From: Terrimicrobiaceae bacterium
Lineage (GTDB): Bacteria; Verrucomicrobiota; Verrucomicrobiia; Chthoniobacterales; Terrimicrobiaceae
DNA length: 57,740 bases
Direction of reading: 5' to 3'
Assembly: GCA_041752695.1 (NCBI GenBank)
Contig: JBGSVZ010000096.1
Coordinates: 1 to 57,740 of the forward strand
In this document: one piece after another, positions 32,529 through 42,647 of the stretch
Layout of the letters: each line of letters opens with the position of its first letter
Numbering within the stretch: position 1 is the first letter of the stretch
Translations under genes and position numbers: made by a program
Notes under the pieces: generated by a model
What the model was told of the DNA's origin: nothing
Databases searched by the model: none
The model's input: the letters and a program-made list of their open reading frames with translations, nothing else

Positions 32529-34544
32529 GTGATCTCCCTCCGCGAAGAATTTGCCGATCCCGCGGCGGAACCGCACGCCCCGCCCGGCGCCTTTGAGCGC
32601 GAGGTGGCGGAAATTTTTGCCCCGACTGGCCTCCTTGCCGCCGCGTCCAATTACGAATACCGCCCCGAGCAGCAGAAGATGGCGCAGGAGGTTGCCTGGG
32701 CGATCGAGACGGGCAGTCATCTGGTGGTGGAAGCCGGCACAGGCGTGGGCAAGTCCCTCGCATATCTCATCCCGGCCGCGCTGCATGCCGTACGCACAAA
32801 ACGCAAGGCGATCATCTCGACCCACACCATCGCCCTGCAGGAACAGCTCATCTACAAAGACATTCCTTTGGTGCAAAAGGTCCTGCCGGTGGAGTTCGAT
32901 GCCGCTCTGCTGAAAGGGCGGCACAATTTTCTCTGCGGCACCCGGCTGGACCGCGCCATGGCCCACTCCGGCGATCTTTTCACCAGCGAACAGCGCGCGG
33001 AACTTGAACGCATCCACGAATGGAGCCTGACGACGCGCGACGGTTCCCTGAGCGATTTTGTCGAGCAGCCCAATCACTCTGTCTGGGAGGAAGTCCGCAG
33101 CGAGGACCATGTCTGCACCCAGAAAATCTGCGGTAAAAACCAGCGCTGTTTTTATCAGGCCATGCGGCGGCGGGCGATTGCGGCGGATGTGATCGTGCTG
33201 AACCACGCGCTCTTTTTCAGCCTGCTCGGCAATGTGGCGGAACAGGAGGATCGCGCCAGCGGACTGATTTTTCCCAACGACTTCGCCATTTTCGACGAAG
33301 CCCACACCGTCGAGGACGTGGCCTCGAAACACATCGGATTGGAAATTTCCCAACTCGGCCTGCGTCGCGGCCTCCAACGCCTCTACAATCCTCGCACGAA
33401 AAAAGGCCTTTTCCAACTGATGAAAAACGGCCCCGCCTGCAGTGTGGTGGCCGACGTCCTGCCGAAATCCGACGCCTTCTTTGAGCGGGTGGCGGAAAAA
33501 TGCGCCTTCAAGCGCGGTCGGGAGTTCCGGGTGCGCGAAGCCGGCCTGGCCGACGCAGGCGAACTCAACCGCGACCTTGTCCGCCTGGCCGAACTGCTCA
33601 AACTCGAAGCGGGCAAGACCGAGGACGAAACCCGCAAAAGCGAACTGCAGGATGCCGCCGGACGCCTCAACGAGGCGCGTCATGGCATCGACGAGTTCAT
33701 GCAGCTCGAACATGAAAATCATGTCTATTGGGTGGAACAATACGGACGCCAGGAGACGCTCTGCGCGCTCCGCGCCGCGCCGGTGGACATCGCCGCCACG
33801 CTCCGCCGCATGCTGTTTCGCGAGAACACCTGCACGGTCATGACCAGCGCCACGCTTTCCACCGGTGGGGCAAATCTTTCCTATTTTCGCACCCGCGTGG
33901 GTGCCACGGATTCCCACGCCGTGCAGATCGGCAGTCCCTTTGACTACCAAAAACAAATGGCGCTCCATCTCGTGAAAAAGATGCCCGAGCCACGCGACCC
34001 CGGGTACGAAGCCGCGCTGGAAAAGTGGATCGCGCATTTTACCGACCTCAGCCAGGCGCGCGCCTTTGTGCTTTTCACCAGCTACACGACCATGCGCAAC
34101 ACCGCCCAGGCCATGGAAGCGCATTTTGAAAAACGCGGCTGGCAGCTCCTTGTGCAGGGCAACGGCATGCCTCCGCTTCGCATGGTGCAGGAATTTCGCG
34201 AAAATCCCCACAGCATCCTCTTTGGGGTGGACAGCTTTTGGAGCGGCGTGGATGTTCCCGGCGAGGCCCTCTCGAATGTCATCATCACCCGCCTGCCCTT
34301 CGTCACTCCCGACCACCCCCTCACCGAGGCCCGCCTGGAAGCCATCGAGGCGGAAGGTGGACGCGCCTTCGATCAATACTCCCTGCCGGAAGCCATTCTC
34401 AAACTTCGCCAGGGCGTCGGACGCCTCATCCGCACCAAATCCGATTCCGGCATGATCGTCATTCTCGACAGCCGCATCCTTTCCAAACCCTACGGCCGCG
34501 CCTTTATCCGCGCCCTTCCCGAATGCCCGACGACGATCCACTAA
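32529..34544 (+). CDS. DinG/YoaA family helicase
   Basis: EAGTGVGKS, LKGRHNFLC, DEAH, SATL, GVDVPG, QGVGRLIR. Confidence 0.95.
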   Translation: MISLREEFADPAAEPHAPPGAFEREVAEIFAPTGLLAAASNYEYRPEQQKMAQEVAWAIETGSHLVVEAGTGVGKSLAYLIPAALHAVRTKRKAIISTHTIALQEQLIYKDIPLVQKVLPVEFDAALLKGRHNFLCGTRLDRAMAHSGDLFTSEQRAELERIHEWSLTTRDGSLSDFVEQPNHSVWEEVRSEDHVCTQKICGKNQRCFYQAMRRRAIAADVIVLNHALFFSLLGNVAEQEDRASGLIFPNDFAIFDEAHTVEDVASKHIGLEISQLGLRRGLQRLYNPRTKKGLFQLMKNGPACSVVADVLPKSDAFFERVAEKCAFKRGREFRVREAGLADAGELNRDLVRLAELLKLEAGKTEDETRKSELQDAAGRLNEARHGIDEFMQLEHENHVYWVEQYGRQETLCALRAAPVDIAATLRRMLFRENTCTVMTSATLSTGGANLSYFRTRVGATDSHAVQIGSPFDYQKQMALHLVKKMPEPRDPGYEAALEKWIAHFTDLSQARAFVLFTSYTTMRNTAQAMEAHFEKRGWQLLVQGNGMPPLRMVQEFRENPHSILFGVDSFWSGVDVPGEALSNVIITRLPFVTPDHPLTEARLEAIEAEGGRAFDQYSLPEAILKLRQGVGRLIRTKSDSGMIVILDSRILSKPYGRAFIRALPECPTTIH

Positions 34545-35215
34545 CCTCGCCCACCGAACGTCGCAAAGGCTGCCTGCTGATCATCGGCAGCGTAATTGCC
34601 GCCGCGCTCGTCACCGCCGCGATCACCATGCTCCTGGCCTGGCGGACGACCGTGAGCGTGACCGAAGAATCCCGGCGCATCGGCCGGGCCATCGCCGCAG
34701 AATTCGACCGCACGCTCCAGATCACTCCGGAAGTCCGGGTCAATTCCATCGTTGTCGTCGCCGCCAGCATGCCGATTGCCGAGTTGGTCATCCTCGAAAA
34801 AAAAGCCCTGGTGCGCCATGCCTGGACCCAAACCTGGCTGCACAGCACGAAGCTTTTTGAGATCGAGGCCACCTTCACGGCCAAGGCGGGCTTTGATCTC
34901 ACGGAACCCTTCCGGGTGAATGTGGACCCCGTGACCTCCAACCTCGAAGCCAACCTTCCCCAGCCAAAAATCCTCTCCCTCGGCATGAGCGACGTGCGTG
35001 TGCTGCGCGACGAGGATGGCGTCTGGAACAAACTTACCGCAGAAGACCGCGACGCGGCTTTCCAGGCTCTGGAAAAACAGGCCCAACAACAGTTCCGCGA
35101 CTCCCACCTCCTCGGCGAAACGCGCAACGAAGCGGAGAAACGCATCCGCGAGATCATCGCCTCCAGCGGAGGAAAGGTGGACTTCGGTCCAAAGAAAAGT
35201 TTTCCCGCACCCTGA
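34523..35215 (+). CDS. DUF4230-like membrane-anchored protein
   Basis: N-terminal TM segment, AKAGFDL, LPQPKILS. Confidence 0.75.
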   Translation: MPDDDPLTSPTERRKGCLLIIGSVIAAALVTAAITMLLAWRTTVSVTEESRRIGRAIAAEFDRTLQITPEVRVNSIVVVAASMPIAELVILEKKALVRHAWTQTWLHSTKLFEIEATFTAKAGFDLTEPFRVNVDPVTSNLEANLPQPKILSLGMSDVRVLRDEDGVWNKLTAEDRDAAFQALEKQAQQQFRDSHLLGETRNEAEKRIREIIASSGGKVDFGPKKSFPAP

Positions 35216-35248
35216 GGGAAGGCGGACAGGAGGGGCGCGTTCTGCTGT

Positions 35249-35932
35249 TCAGCAGGCGGAATCGGCCTCGTCCGCGACGCCGTAATATTTTTCGCCAAGG
35301 ACAATCTTCGGCCTGCCATTGGCCAGCCGCCACTTGTTCGTATCGCGCAGCGAATAAATGCAGCCGCAATATTCCTGCATGTAAAAATTCTCGCGTTTGG
35401 AAATCTCCACCATGCGGGCCGCTCCTCCCTGTTTGCGCCAGTTGAAGGTCCAATACACCACGCCCGGATACTTCGCCGCCGCCCGTTCCCCCGAACCATT
35501 GATCTGCGCCATATTTTTCCAGCGGGAAATCCCGAGGCAGCTCGTGATTACCGGAAATCCGTTTTCAAAGGCATAAAGCGCCGTTCGGTCAAAACGCAGG
35601 TCAAAACACATCGTGCAGCGCGCCCCCCGTTCGGGCTCCCATTCCAGGCCCTTGGCCCGGGCAAACCAGTTGTCCGTGTCGTAGTCAGCATCCACAAAGG
35701 GGATGCGGTTTTTTTCCGCAAAGCGAATGTTCTCCGCCTTCCGCAATTCGTATTCCTGTCGCGGGTGGATGTTGGGATTGTAGAAGTAGATCGTATAGTC
35801 GACTCCGGACGCCTGCATGGCCTCCATCACCTCGCCGGAACACGGCGCGCAGCAGGAGTGCAGCAACACTTTTTTGTGGCCGGCCGGGGGTTGTAAAACG
35901 GGGCGCTCGAAGTCGCAGGATTCGACGGACAT
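35249..35932 (-). CDS. queH: Epoxyqueuosine reductase
   Basis: [32 protein letters not shown]. Confidence 0.95.
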   Translation of the reverse strand: MSVESCDFERPVLQPPAGHKKVLLHSCCAPCSGEVMEAMQASGVDYTIYFYNPNIHPRQEYELRKAENIRFAEKNRIPFVDADYDTDNWFARAKGLEWEPERGARCTMCFDLRFDRTALYAFENGFPVITSCLGISRWKNMAQINGSGERAAAKYPGVVYWTFNWRKQGGAARMVEISKRENFYMQEYCGCIYSLRDTNKWRLANGRPKIVLGEKYYGVADEADSAC

Positions 35933-35935
35933 GGT

Positions 35936-36427
35936 CTATTTCTTAAAAACCACCATCCGGGCGTCAATCCCCGTGATTTCTTCCAGAAACGGCTGCACAT
36001 ACCCCGGCCGGAAAAATGGCACGTAGGAGGTCCCGCCATACACATTGCCTTTTTTGTCCCGATACCAATTGGAAACGGGAACCCAATCCATCTGCGGCGG
36101 CACCTGCACCAACGAGACCTGACGCCGCTGGCTCGTGGCTTTAAGCACGACGGCGTCGGCGCCATTGGCCTGCGCATTGTAGATCATGCTTTTACGCATG
36201 AAGTTCCAGCCCTGATCGGATTCGAACTTCAGGGCCCCAATCACCTTATGACGTTCGGAGGGCGACTTGCCCAAAATCGGAATCGGCGCGTCAGGCGGCT
36301 TCGGCGGGAAAACCTCCGGCGTGTAGGACACATAATACCTCGCGGTGTCTTTCACCGACGCACAGCCTGCCAGCATTCCCAGCGCCAGGAAGGATCCCAA
36401 AATGCGATTTGCCAAATACCGTGTCAT
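35936..36427 (-). CDS. Hypothetical lipoprotein
   Basis: MLAGC lipobox; GADAVV motif. Confidence 0.75.
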   Translation of the reverse strand: MTRYLANRILGSFLALGMLAGCASVKDTARYYVSYTPEVFPPKPPDAPIPILGKSPSERHKVIGALKFESDQGWNFMRKSMIYNAQANGADAVVLKATSQRRQVSLVQVPPQMDWVPVSNWYRDKKGNVYGGTSYVPFFRPGYVQPFLEEITGIDARMVVFKK

Positions 36428-36453
36428 GAACGTACGTAATGTAGCCCATCGCA

Positions 36454-36807
36454 ATGAAAACAACAGTTTTCTCCCTTCTTCTGGCCTCCGGGCTTGTCGC
36501 CCAAGCAGGAAGCGGCCGTGTCGGCGTGATGGTGAATCCCGGGCGGGCTTGGTGCCCTCCGACGCCCATTTGTCGCCCCGTGGTTTTTCGGACCTACCCC
36601 ACGTCCATTGGCTGCGCGCCGACTGCCTTTTATTCCTGGGGGCCAAGTGTGATCGTCTCCTCCTCGGGACCTGGATCGGGCTTCAGCACGGTCTCCCCGG
36701 TGATGAACTACGCCGGACAGACGCCGATCTACCGCGTGCCGCCCCCTGTCCTGCCCGCGCAACCTGTCACCATCTATCCCGCCAGCGCCTTTCGCTGGCG
36801 AAATTGA
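36454..36807 (+). CDS. Hypothetical secreted Pro-rich protein
   Basis: Signal-peptide-like N-terminus; followed by a hairpin. Confidence 0.55.
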   Translation: MKTTVFSLLLASGLVAQAGSGRVGVMVNPGRAWCPPTPICRPVVFRTYPTSIGCAPTAFYSWGPSVIVSSSGPGSGFSTVSPVMNYAGQTPIYRVPPPVLPAQPVTIYPASAFRWRN

Positions 36808-36823
36808 TTTCCCCCGAAGAAAG

Positions 36824-36864
36824 GCGGCCTTCCTCGCTCACGGAGCCGGAAGGCCGCTTCTTTT
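36824..36864 (+). terminator. Probable intrinsic terminator
   Basis: GCGGCCTTCC...GGAAGGCCGC followed by TTCTTTT. Confidence 0.65.
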
Positions 36865-36936
36865 CCCCGTTGACAAAACCGACGAAAACCAGGATTTAAA
36901 AGGGTTCCTGCTGTCAGTCGACCGCAGGATTCCAAT

Positions 36937-37012
36937 GGTGGCCGTAGCTCAATGGTAGAGCTCCAGATTGTGGTTCTGGCTGTTGCGGGTTCGAGTCCCG
37001 TCGGTCACCCCA
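36937..37012 (+). tRNA. tRNA-His (GTG)
   Basis: G-1, acceptor GTGGCCG/CGGTCAC, anticodon arm CCAGA-TTGTGGT-TCTGG, GGTTCGAGTCC T-arm, encoded CCA; TTGACA at 36870. Confidence 0.97.
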
Positions 37013-37396
37013 TCGTTTTTCGAGGCAAAGGAGCCCAAAAACCTCGATAAATACAGGCTCCGCGAGCTTCAGAGAGCGAAGTCTGAAAGCTGCCGTTGAG
37101 TGCTGTTTTGGCGGCTCGTTTGTTACACATTGTTACGCACAAATCGGCTCGCCCCCTCCGGCAAAGGTAGCCAGCGGCATTGAATTCCTGACGCGCCAGA
37201 CTTTCCACTTTGCTCCAACGGGGCATTTTGTCAGATTTAAAATTTCCCAGCTATTGAGACATAGTCTCATTAAGGAGCGCGGCTTGGGGAGACGCTGCCC
37301 TTCGAGAACGCCCCGGGGGTTGGTCAACCCTGCCCGCGCAGGCGCGGAGCGACGTAGTAGCCGGTGAGAGGTCGGGTTGTAGCCACCTCTAAAAGT

Positions 37397-38221
37397 CTAC
37401 CGGCGAAGGCCTTGATAGATCGCCTCGGTGATTTGGTGCTCACCTTCGCTGATACCTTCGTGCTGTTGTGCTTGATAACGGCCATCGAGAATTTGATAAC
37501 TTTTCTGAACCAATTGGTCAATGTCGAACGTCATCGCCTCTTTGACCTCGGCAACTGTCGCGACACCAAACGGTTCGCCCACACCACGAAAAACTGCAAC
37601 CTGAATTTCCACAGAATCATGCCTGGCGAACTCCTCCTTCAAGCGAACAAGCGTTTCCACAGCCCCAAGATGCTTTGAGGCTACAACCGATAGAGGCACC
37701 ACCCGAAGAGATTGTGGCGAACACGCGCGCGAGATCACCCCATCAATAGCTTCATCAAATCGACGATGAATGAAAAAAACGACGACTTGGTGTCCTCGAT
37801 CTAGGGCGAACCTGATCTGTGTCGCCGAACGCTCATAGTTCGCCAGAGTCCCATCCATTACCACGGCGGCTTCTTTCAGGACATCGCGATATTGCGGGTC
37901 AGTGCTAAAGCTGGTTTTACCCGCACCTGGCCCACCGCCTAGAAAAACGATGATCTCCTCTTCCGTCTCGGTGATTTTTGTCTCGAACATGGTATCGACC
38001 AGTTTTGAAGCTGGTCCATACATCGCAGATCCCCATTTGATCCGGCTTTCTCGATTTTGCGCGTACACCTCAAAATGCTCTTTGGCCCGATCTGCATCCA
38101 AAGTATTTCCGTTCTCCGCGATGTAGTCCTGGATGATTTGGGGAAAATGAGCATCAAGAAACTCGTGGGCGGAAGCCTCCACCCGCCGTTCCTCTTCAGT
38201 CATTTTTCGATCTGCTGCCAT
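37397..38221 (-). CDS. Zeta toxin-like P-loop kinase
   Basis: FLGGGPGAGKTS, VMDGTLA, RVVPLSVV; start re-called at MAADRK. Confidence 0.75.
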   Translation of the reverse strand: MAADRKMTEEERRVEASAHEFLDAHFPQIIQDYIAENGNTLDADRAKEHFEVYAQNRESRIKWGSAMYGPASKLVDTMFETKITETEEEIIVFLGGGPGAGKTSFSTDPQYRDVLKEAAVVMDGTLANYERSATQIRFALDRGHQVVVFFIHRRFDEAIDGVISRACSPQSLRVVPLSVVASKHLGAVETLVRLKEEFARHDSVEIQVAVFRGVGEPFGVATVAEVKEAMTFDIDQLVQKSYQILDGRYQAQQHEGISEGEHQITEAIYQGLRR

Positions 38222-38579
38222 GTTTATGTCGATTTCGGAGATGCGCCCAGAACAGTTCCACCAAAACGCCTTGTAGCCGCTTTGATGACTCCTGAGGCGA
38301 AGTCGCTGATAGATATCGGTGAGCCGGTCCCGCGAAGATTCAGTAAAGCCGCCATAGTCCCCTTGATCTATTTTTTGTTCGCATCGACGGATAGAGAATC
38401 TTTTCTGAATTACTGGGTCAACCGCCCGTTGCGAAACCGCATCTCCTGGGGTTTTTGCGGACCTTGAAACTCTCGCTAACATGACTCGCGCTGGGAAGCC
38501 CCCGCCAAAAAACTCATGCCATTTATCCCCCATTTAGGGAAGTGGACACCTATCGGAAAATTTCGTATGAAAACGCCCT

Positions 38580-39659
38580 ATGGCCATCAAATTCCGAGTT
38601 GCTTCGTTCAATTTGGAGAATCTTTTTAGCCGTGCGAAGATTCTGAATTTCGAGGACCACAACACAACGAAAGTCCTACTGGAACAGGTCAAGGAATTGG
38701 ACTCGTTTCTGAAAAAGAAGGTCTACTCCCAAGCCGACAAGGCTCAGATGGTTGTCTTGGAGAAAGATCTCCGCCCCTACATCGAAATTCGAGTCGATAT
38801 GGGCAAGCTCTTCGCCGGGAAAGGGACGAAGCAGGTCGTCGCCACGGGCAAGCGGGATTGGTCTGGAGCTATTGAGTTCAAGCGCGCTGAGGTGAGCGAA
38901 CTTGCCCGCAAGAGCACAGTTTCCGCCATCCGGGCTGTGAAGGCCGATGTGATGTGCGTGGTTGAAGTCGAAAATCGGCTGATGCTGGAGGATTTCAATC
39001 GTGACGGACTTGCTTCCAGCGGAAAATTCGCTGAGGTCATGTGCATTGATGGAAATGACAAACGCGGGATTGATGTTGGCCTCATGTCAGACTTCCCGAT
39101 TCGCTCAGTTCGCCCCCACATCTACGACAAAAACGGAATCAGCCGAACCTTCAGCCGTGACTGCCCCGAGATGGAAACCCAACTTCCTGACGGCACATCA
39201 CTCCACATCCTCTGCAACCATTTCATCAGCAAGATGAATGGAGATCCTCCCGCGAGCAAGAATCGCCGGACGCGCCAGGCAAAGGCGGTCGCGGATATCC
39301 TTGCTCGTTACGATCTCCGAAAAGACCTGGTAGTGGTCGCAGGCGATTTGAACGATACCCCCGAATCTTCAGCTATGGCCCCTCTCCTTGGCGTCCCTGA
39401 CCTGTTTGACGTTCTTGAATTGCAGTTCGGGCAAAACATGGACCAACGCTGGACCTACAAGTACAGAAAAGAACTCAATCAGATCGATTACGTGCTCGTG
39501 TCGAAGCCTCTCAAGGATGCCTTTGTGGCCGCCGGAATTGAACGTCGAGGTATCCCCGACATCCAAAGCGTCACGGGTGAAACTCCTTTCCCTACCGTAA
39601 AGGGCTGGACGACGGCGGCTTCTGACCACGGTGCCGTTTGGGCGGATTTCTCGCTATAG
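38580..39659 (+). CDS. Endonuclease/exonuclease/phosphatase family protein
   Basis: ASFNLENLF, VEVEN, GNDKRGIDV, AGDLND, IDYVL, ASDH. Confidence 0.93.
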   Translation: MAIKFRVASFNLENLFSRAKILNFEDHNTTKVLLEQVKELDSFLKKKVYSQADKAQMVVLEKDLRPYIEIRVDMGKLFAGKGTKQVVATGKRDWSGAIEFKRAEVSELARKSTVSAIRAVKADVMCVVEVENRLMLEDFNRDGLASSGKFAEVMCIDGNDKRGIDVGLMSDFPIRSVRPHIYDKNGISRTFSRDCPEMETQLPDGTSLHILCNHFISKMNGDPPASKNRRTRQAKAVADILARYDLRKDLVVVAGDLNDTPESSAMAPLLGVPDLFDVLELQFGQNMDQRWTYKYRKELNQIDYVLVSKPLKDAFVAAGIERRGIPDIQSVTGETPFPTVKGWTTAASDHGAVWADFSL

Positions 39660-39749
39660 TACGAGCAATCAAGAAAATTTCCGTTCGCCGCGGTGGCCTG
39701 TATTTTTTCAGAGTTGCCTCAACTCTGATCATTCCGTTTGCATGGCACG

Positions 39750-40001
39750 ATGGCGAAGTATTGGGAAACCATTTTCGAAAAGCTGAAATCTGAAGGCTGG
39801 GAGGTCCGGTGGATCGAGGCCATGCATGATGGGGTGAGCGGGTGGACTGCCACGGCCATCCGCGGACGCGAGCGCCATTCCACTCATGCCAACGACATCA
39901 CCCTGGCTTTTCAGGAGCTGGAAGCAAGCTGCTCGCGGAGCGTTGCCCTCCGCGAACCCACTCGCCGGAAGGTTTCAGGAAAACACCGATTAAGGCTGTA
40001 A
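39750..40001 (+). CDS. Small hypothetical protein
   Basis: MAKYWETIFEKLKSEGWEV, protein-like. Confidence 0.6.
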   Translation: MAKYWETIFEKLKSEGWEVRWIEAMHDGVSGWTATAIRGRERHSTHANDITLAFQELEASCSRSVALREPTRRKVSGKHRLRL

Positions 40002-40055
40002 AGTTGCTCCCAAACGGGAGCATATCCCCAATTTTTTGCCGCCATAGTGGTGGGG

Positions 40056-40364
40056 ATGAAAACAATCCCTGTACTTCCCGAAAACGACATCCGCCACTCC
40101 GACCGCCGCCACCCGGTTGACTTTCTCGAACCTCTTCCCACGCAGGAAGAGCGTATTTGCGACGTCCTGAGCCGCACTTTCGGCTGGGTGGCCGACGCGG
40201 ACACCGTGGAGCAAAAAGGACTACGGGCTTCCGTGGTTCTGTATTGCGTCCGGGCCGACCTTCTCGGATCGGCCACTCTCGAACAACTCGGCGCGAAGAC
40301 GGGCACCCCGCAAGCCGTCGTAGACGAACTCGTTTCGGATTTCTGCCACAGTATCGGCTGGTAA
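40056..40364 (+). CDS. Hypothetical protein, possible HTH
   Basis: TLEQLGAKTGTPQAVV; TAATG coupling to the next gene. Confidence 0.65.
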   Translation: MKTIPVLPENDIRHSDRRHPVDFLEPLPTQEERICDVLSRTFGWVADADTVEQKGLRASVVLYCVRADLLGSATLEQLGAKTGTPQAVVDELVSDFCHSIGW

Positions 40365-41335
40365 TGAGCCCGGATAGCCAGCGGACCGTTAACCAGGTTC
40401 GGGAGATTCCTCTGTGTGAACTCCTCAACTGGCACGGCCTCAAGAACAGACCGGAAGGCGCGAGCATTCGCGCCAAGAGCGCAGAGCACAACATTGTCGT
40501 AACAGGCAACAAGTGGTTCGACAACAAGGCGGGCGTTGGCGGCGCGGGTGCGATCGATCTGCAAATGCACCTGACTGGGGAGAGCTTTTCCAGTGCGTGC
40601 CAGACGCTCGCCAGGCATTTCCACCCCTCAGCCACAAACCGCTCCAGCATCGTTTTCCCTCCTGGGAAACTTCCCACCGGGAATCGGCTGTCCTTTCCCG
40701 AACTGATGGCGAAATACGCCGTTCGCGACGACAGCAATTGGCCAGCGGCCCGGGCTTATTTGGTGGAAACCCGAAAAATCGAGCCTGCAACGGTGGATGA
40801 ACTCCACACCGGCGGCTCAGTCTATGCAAACAACCACCATCCCAATCCCGGCATTGTCTTCCTTCATCGGAATTCATCCGGGAAGGTGGAGGGAGCAAGC
40901 CTGCGGGACACTCGCCATGAATCGAGTTTCCGGCCCTGTCTGGGAAACAAGCTTTCGGCGTGGTTCTCCATCGGCAATCTTGCCGAGGCCCAAACAGTGG
41001 TGGCGGTCGAATCTCCCATCGAGGCATTGAGTTACCACACCCTTTTTTCGGGGCGCAACGACTCGCTCGCCATCGTCAGTTGCTCCGGTTCCTTTATTCC
41101 CGAGGACCTGATGTTTCAGGCTTATGACCGCCGCCAAAATTTTGTTGTTGGCCTAAACAATGACCCGGCAGGCGAGTTCGGTTGGCAGAAAGCCTGGGAC
41201 TCAACGACGGAGTGGACCGGCTTCAAAATTTCCTCCGCATGTCCCCGGCTCAAAGACTGGAACGCCGATTTGCACGCGTCCTCTTCCTCTCCCCGCCCGG
41301 GCATTACCCAAAAATCATCCTCTCTCCATCCATGA
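40364..41335 (+). CDS. DUF3991/toprim domain primase-like protein
   Basis: GAGAIDL, AYLVETRKI, VESPIEALSY, LNNDPAG, KDWNADL. Confidence 0.85.
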   Translation: MSPDSQRTVNQVREIPLCELLNWHGLKNRPEGASIRAKSAEHNIVVTGNKWFDNKAGVGGAGAIDLQMHLTGESFSSACQTLARHFHPSATNRSSIVFPPGKLPTGNRLSFPELMAKYAVRDDSNWPAARAYLVETRKIEPATVDELHTGGSVYANNHHPNPGIVFLHRNSSGKVEGASLRDTRHESSFRPCLGNKLSAWFSIGNLAEAQTVVAVESPIEALSYHTLFSGRNDSLAIVSCSGSFIPEDLMFQAYDRRQNFVVGLNNDPAGEFGWQKAWDSTTEWTGFKISSACPRLKDWNADLHASSSSPRPGITQKSSSLHP

Positions 41336-41535
41336 AAAACGACCCTCATTCCCGCATCCTGGAAACCTATTTTTTCGAGTATATCGACCGGGGTATAGGC
41401 GCGGACGCGACTCCGCTTTTCACGCAAACCCTCGATGGCCGCCCCCTCGCAGGAGTGATCGCGGAAACCTTCCAGATTCCGGACCATGAGGCAGGAGCGG
41501 CCATCGAATCAGCCCGGCAGGAGGTTTGGCTGTGA
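41332..41535 (+). CDS. Small hypothetical protein
   Basis: ATGA and GTGA overlaps with both neighbours. Confidence 0.6.
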   Translation: MKNDPHSRILETYFFEYIDRGIGADATPLFTQTLDGRPLAGVIAETFQIPDHEAGAAIESARQEVWL

Positions 41536-42533
41536 GCCGGGACATTTACCAGACCATCACCGACCGGTTCGTGGAACAGTTGAAAAAAGGGACCGTTCCT
41601 TGGCAACAACCTTGGACCAGCGGGGTGCAGAACATCGTTTCCCGCAAAATGTATCGCGGAATCAATGCCTTCACGCTGGGAATGTCGGAACGCACCTCGC
41701 CGTTCTGGCTCACCTATAAACAGGCAGGTGACCTGGGAGGCCACATCCGGAAGGGCGAAAAGTCCCTGCCTGTCATCTATTACAAGATCGTCGAAAAACA
41801 GGACGATGCGGGAAATGTGATGGTTCGCTCTGACGGGAAACCCGACCGGATTCCCTTTGTTCGTTGGGCCAATGTTTTCAACCTGGACCAAACGGAAGGC
41901 ATCGAGGCCCCGCAAATTTCGACCGCACCGGCAGTCAACCAGCCGCTCGAAAAGGCCGCCGCCATTATCGCCAATGCTCGGATTTGCCCCATCCGGCACG
42001 CGGGATTTTCAGCGGTCTATTCGCCGAAATACGATGTGATCCGAATACCGGCTCCGTCGAATTTCCGCAGTCAGGAAAGTTACTTTTTGACGCTCTACCA
42101 TGAGGCAATCCACGCAACAGGACACCCGTCCCGACTCAACCGGGACGGCATCACCCAGCCAATCAAGTTTGGCTCCGAGCGGTACTCTCGTGAGGAACTC
42201 GTGGCGGAACTGGGAGCCGCCTTCCTTTCCAACGAGGCAGGCATTCTCAATCAAGTCCAGTTCGACAACTCGGCCGCCTATCTCAGTTCTTGGATCAAGA
42301 ATCTTGAGAATGATCCGAAGCTGATCGTTAACGCGGCCTCTCACGCCCAGCGGGGAGCCGATTTCATTTTGGGCATCGAGCAGAAGGAAACGCTGCTCGA
42401 ATCGCAGACGGCGACCGAGGAAATGCCGAGCGTCGCAGGGAAAAAAGAAGAGGCCGTCGCCCGGATGTCTAGCTCTCCATTGGCGCAGCGGCCAGTCCTT
42501 CCTGTCCCCCGAAAAAGCGGGATGCGACTATGA
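41532..42533 (+). CDS. ardC: ArdC family ssDNA-binding anti-restriction protein (DUF1738 + zincin)
   Basis: VPWQQPW, YRGIN, WLTYKQA, VFNLDQ, HEAIHATGH, YSREELVAELGA. Confidence 0.92.
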   Translation: MSRDIYQTITDRFVEQLKKGTVPWQQPWTSGVQNIVSRKMYRGINAFTLGMSERTSPFWLTYKQAGDLGGHIRKGEKSLPVIYYKIVEKQDDAGNVMVRSDGKPDRIPFVRWANVFNLDQTEGIEAPQISTAPAVNQPLEKAAAIIANARICPIRHAGFSAVYSPKYDVIRIPAPSNFRSQESYFLTLYHEAIHATGHPSRLNRDGITQPIKFGSERYSREELVAELGAAFLSNEAGILNQVQFDNSAAYLSSWIKNLENDPKLIVNAASHAQRGADFILGIEQKETLLESQTATEEMPSVAGKKEEAVARMSSSPLAQRPVLPVPRKSGMRL

Positions 42534-42647
42534 AATTATCTCATTTCTCCATGGCGCACCTGCGGATGAATGCCGCTCATGGGCCGGAGCCGCTAACGGC
42601 AACGGGGGCGGCGCAGGCTTGCCCCACGTGCCTACCGTCTCCATCCC

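Noticed and set aside
32466..34541. Apparent 1068-aa LptF/G fusion
   Set aside because: The N-terminal part is the antisense of the DinG helicase; the real gene starts near 32465
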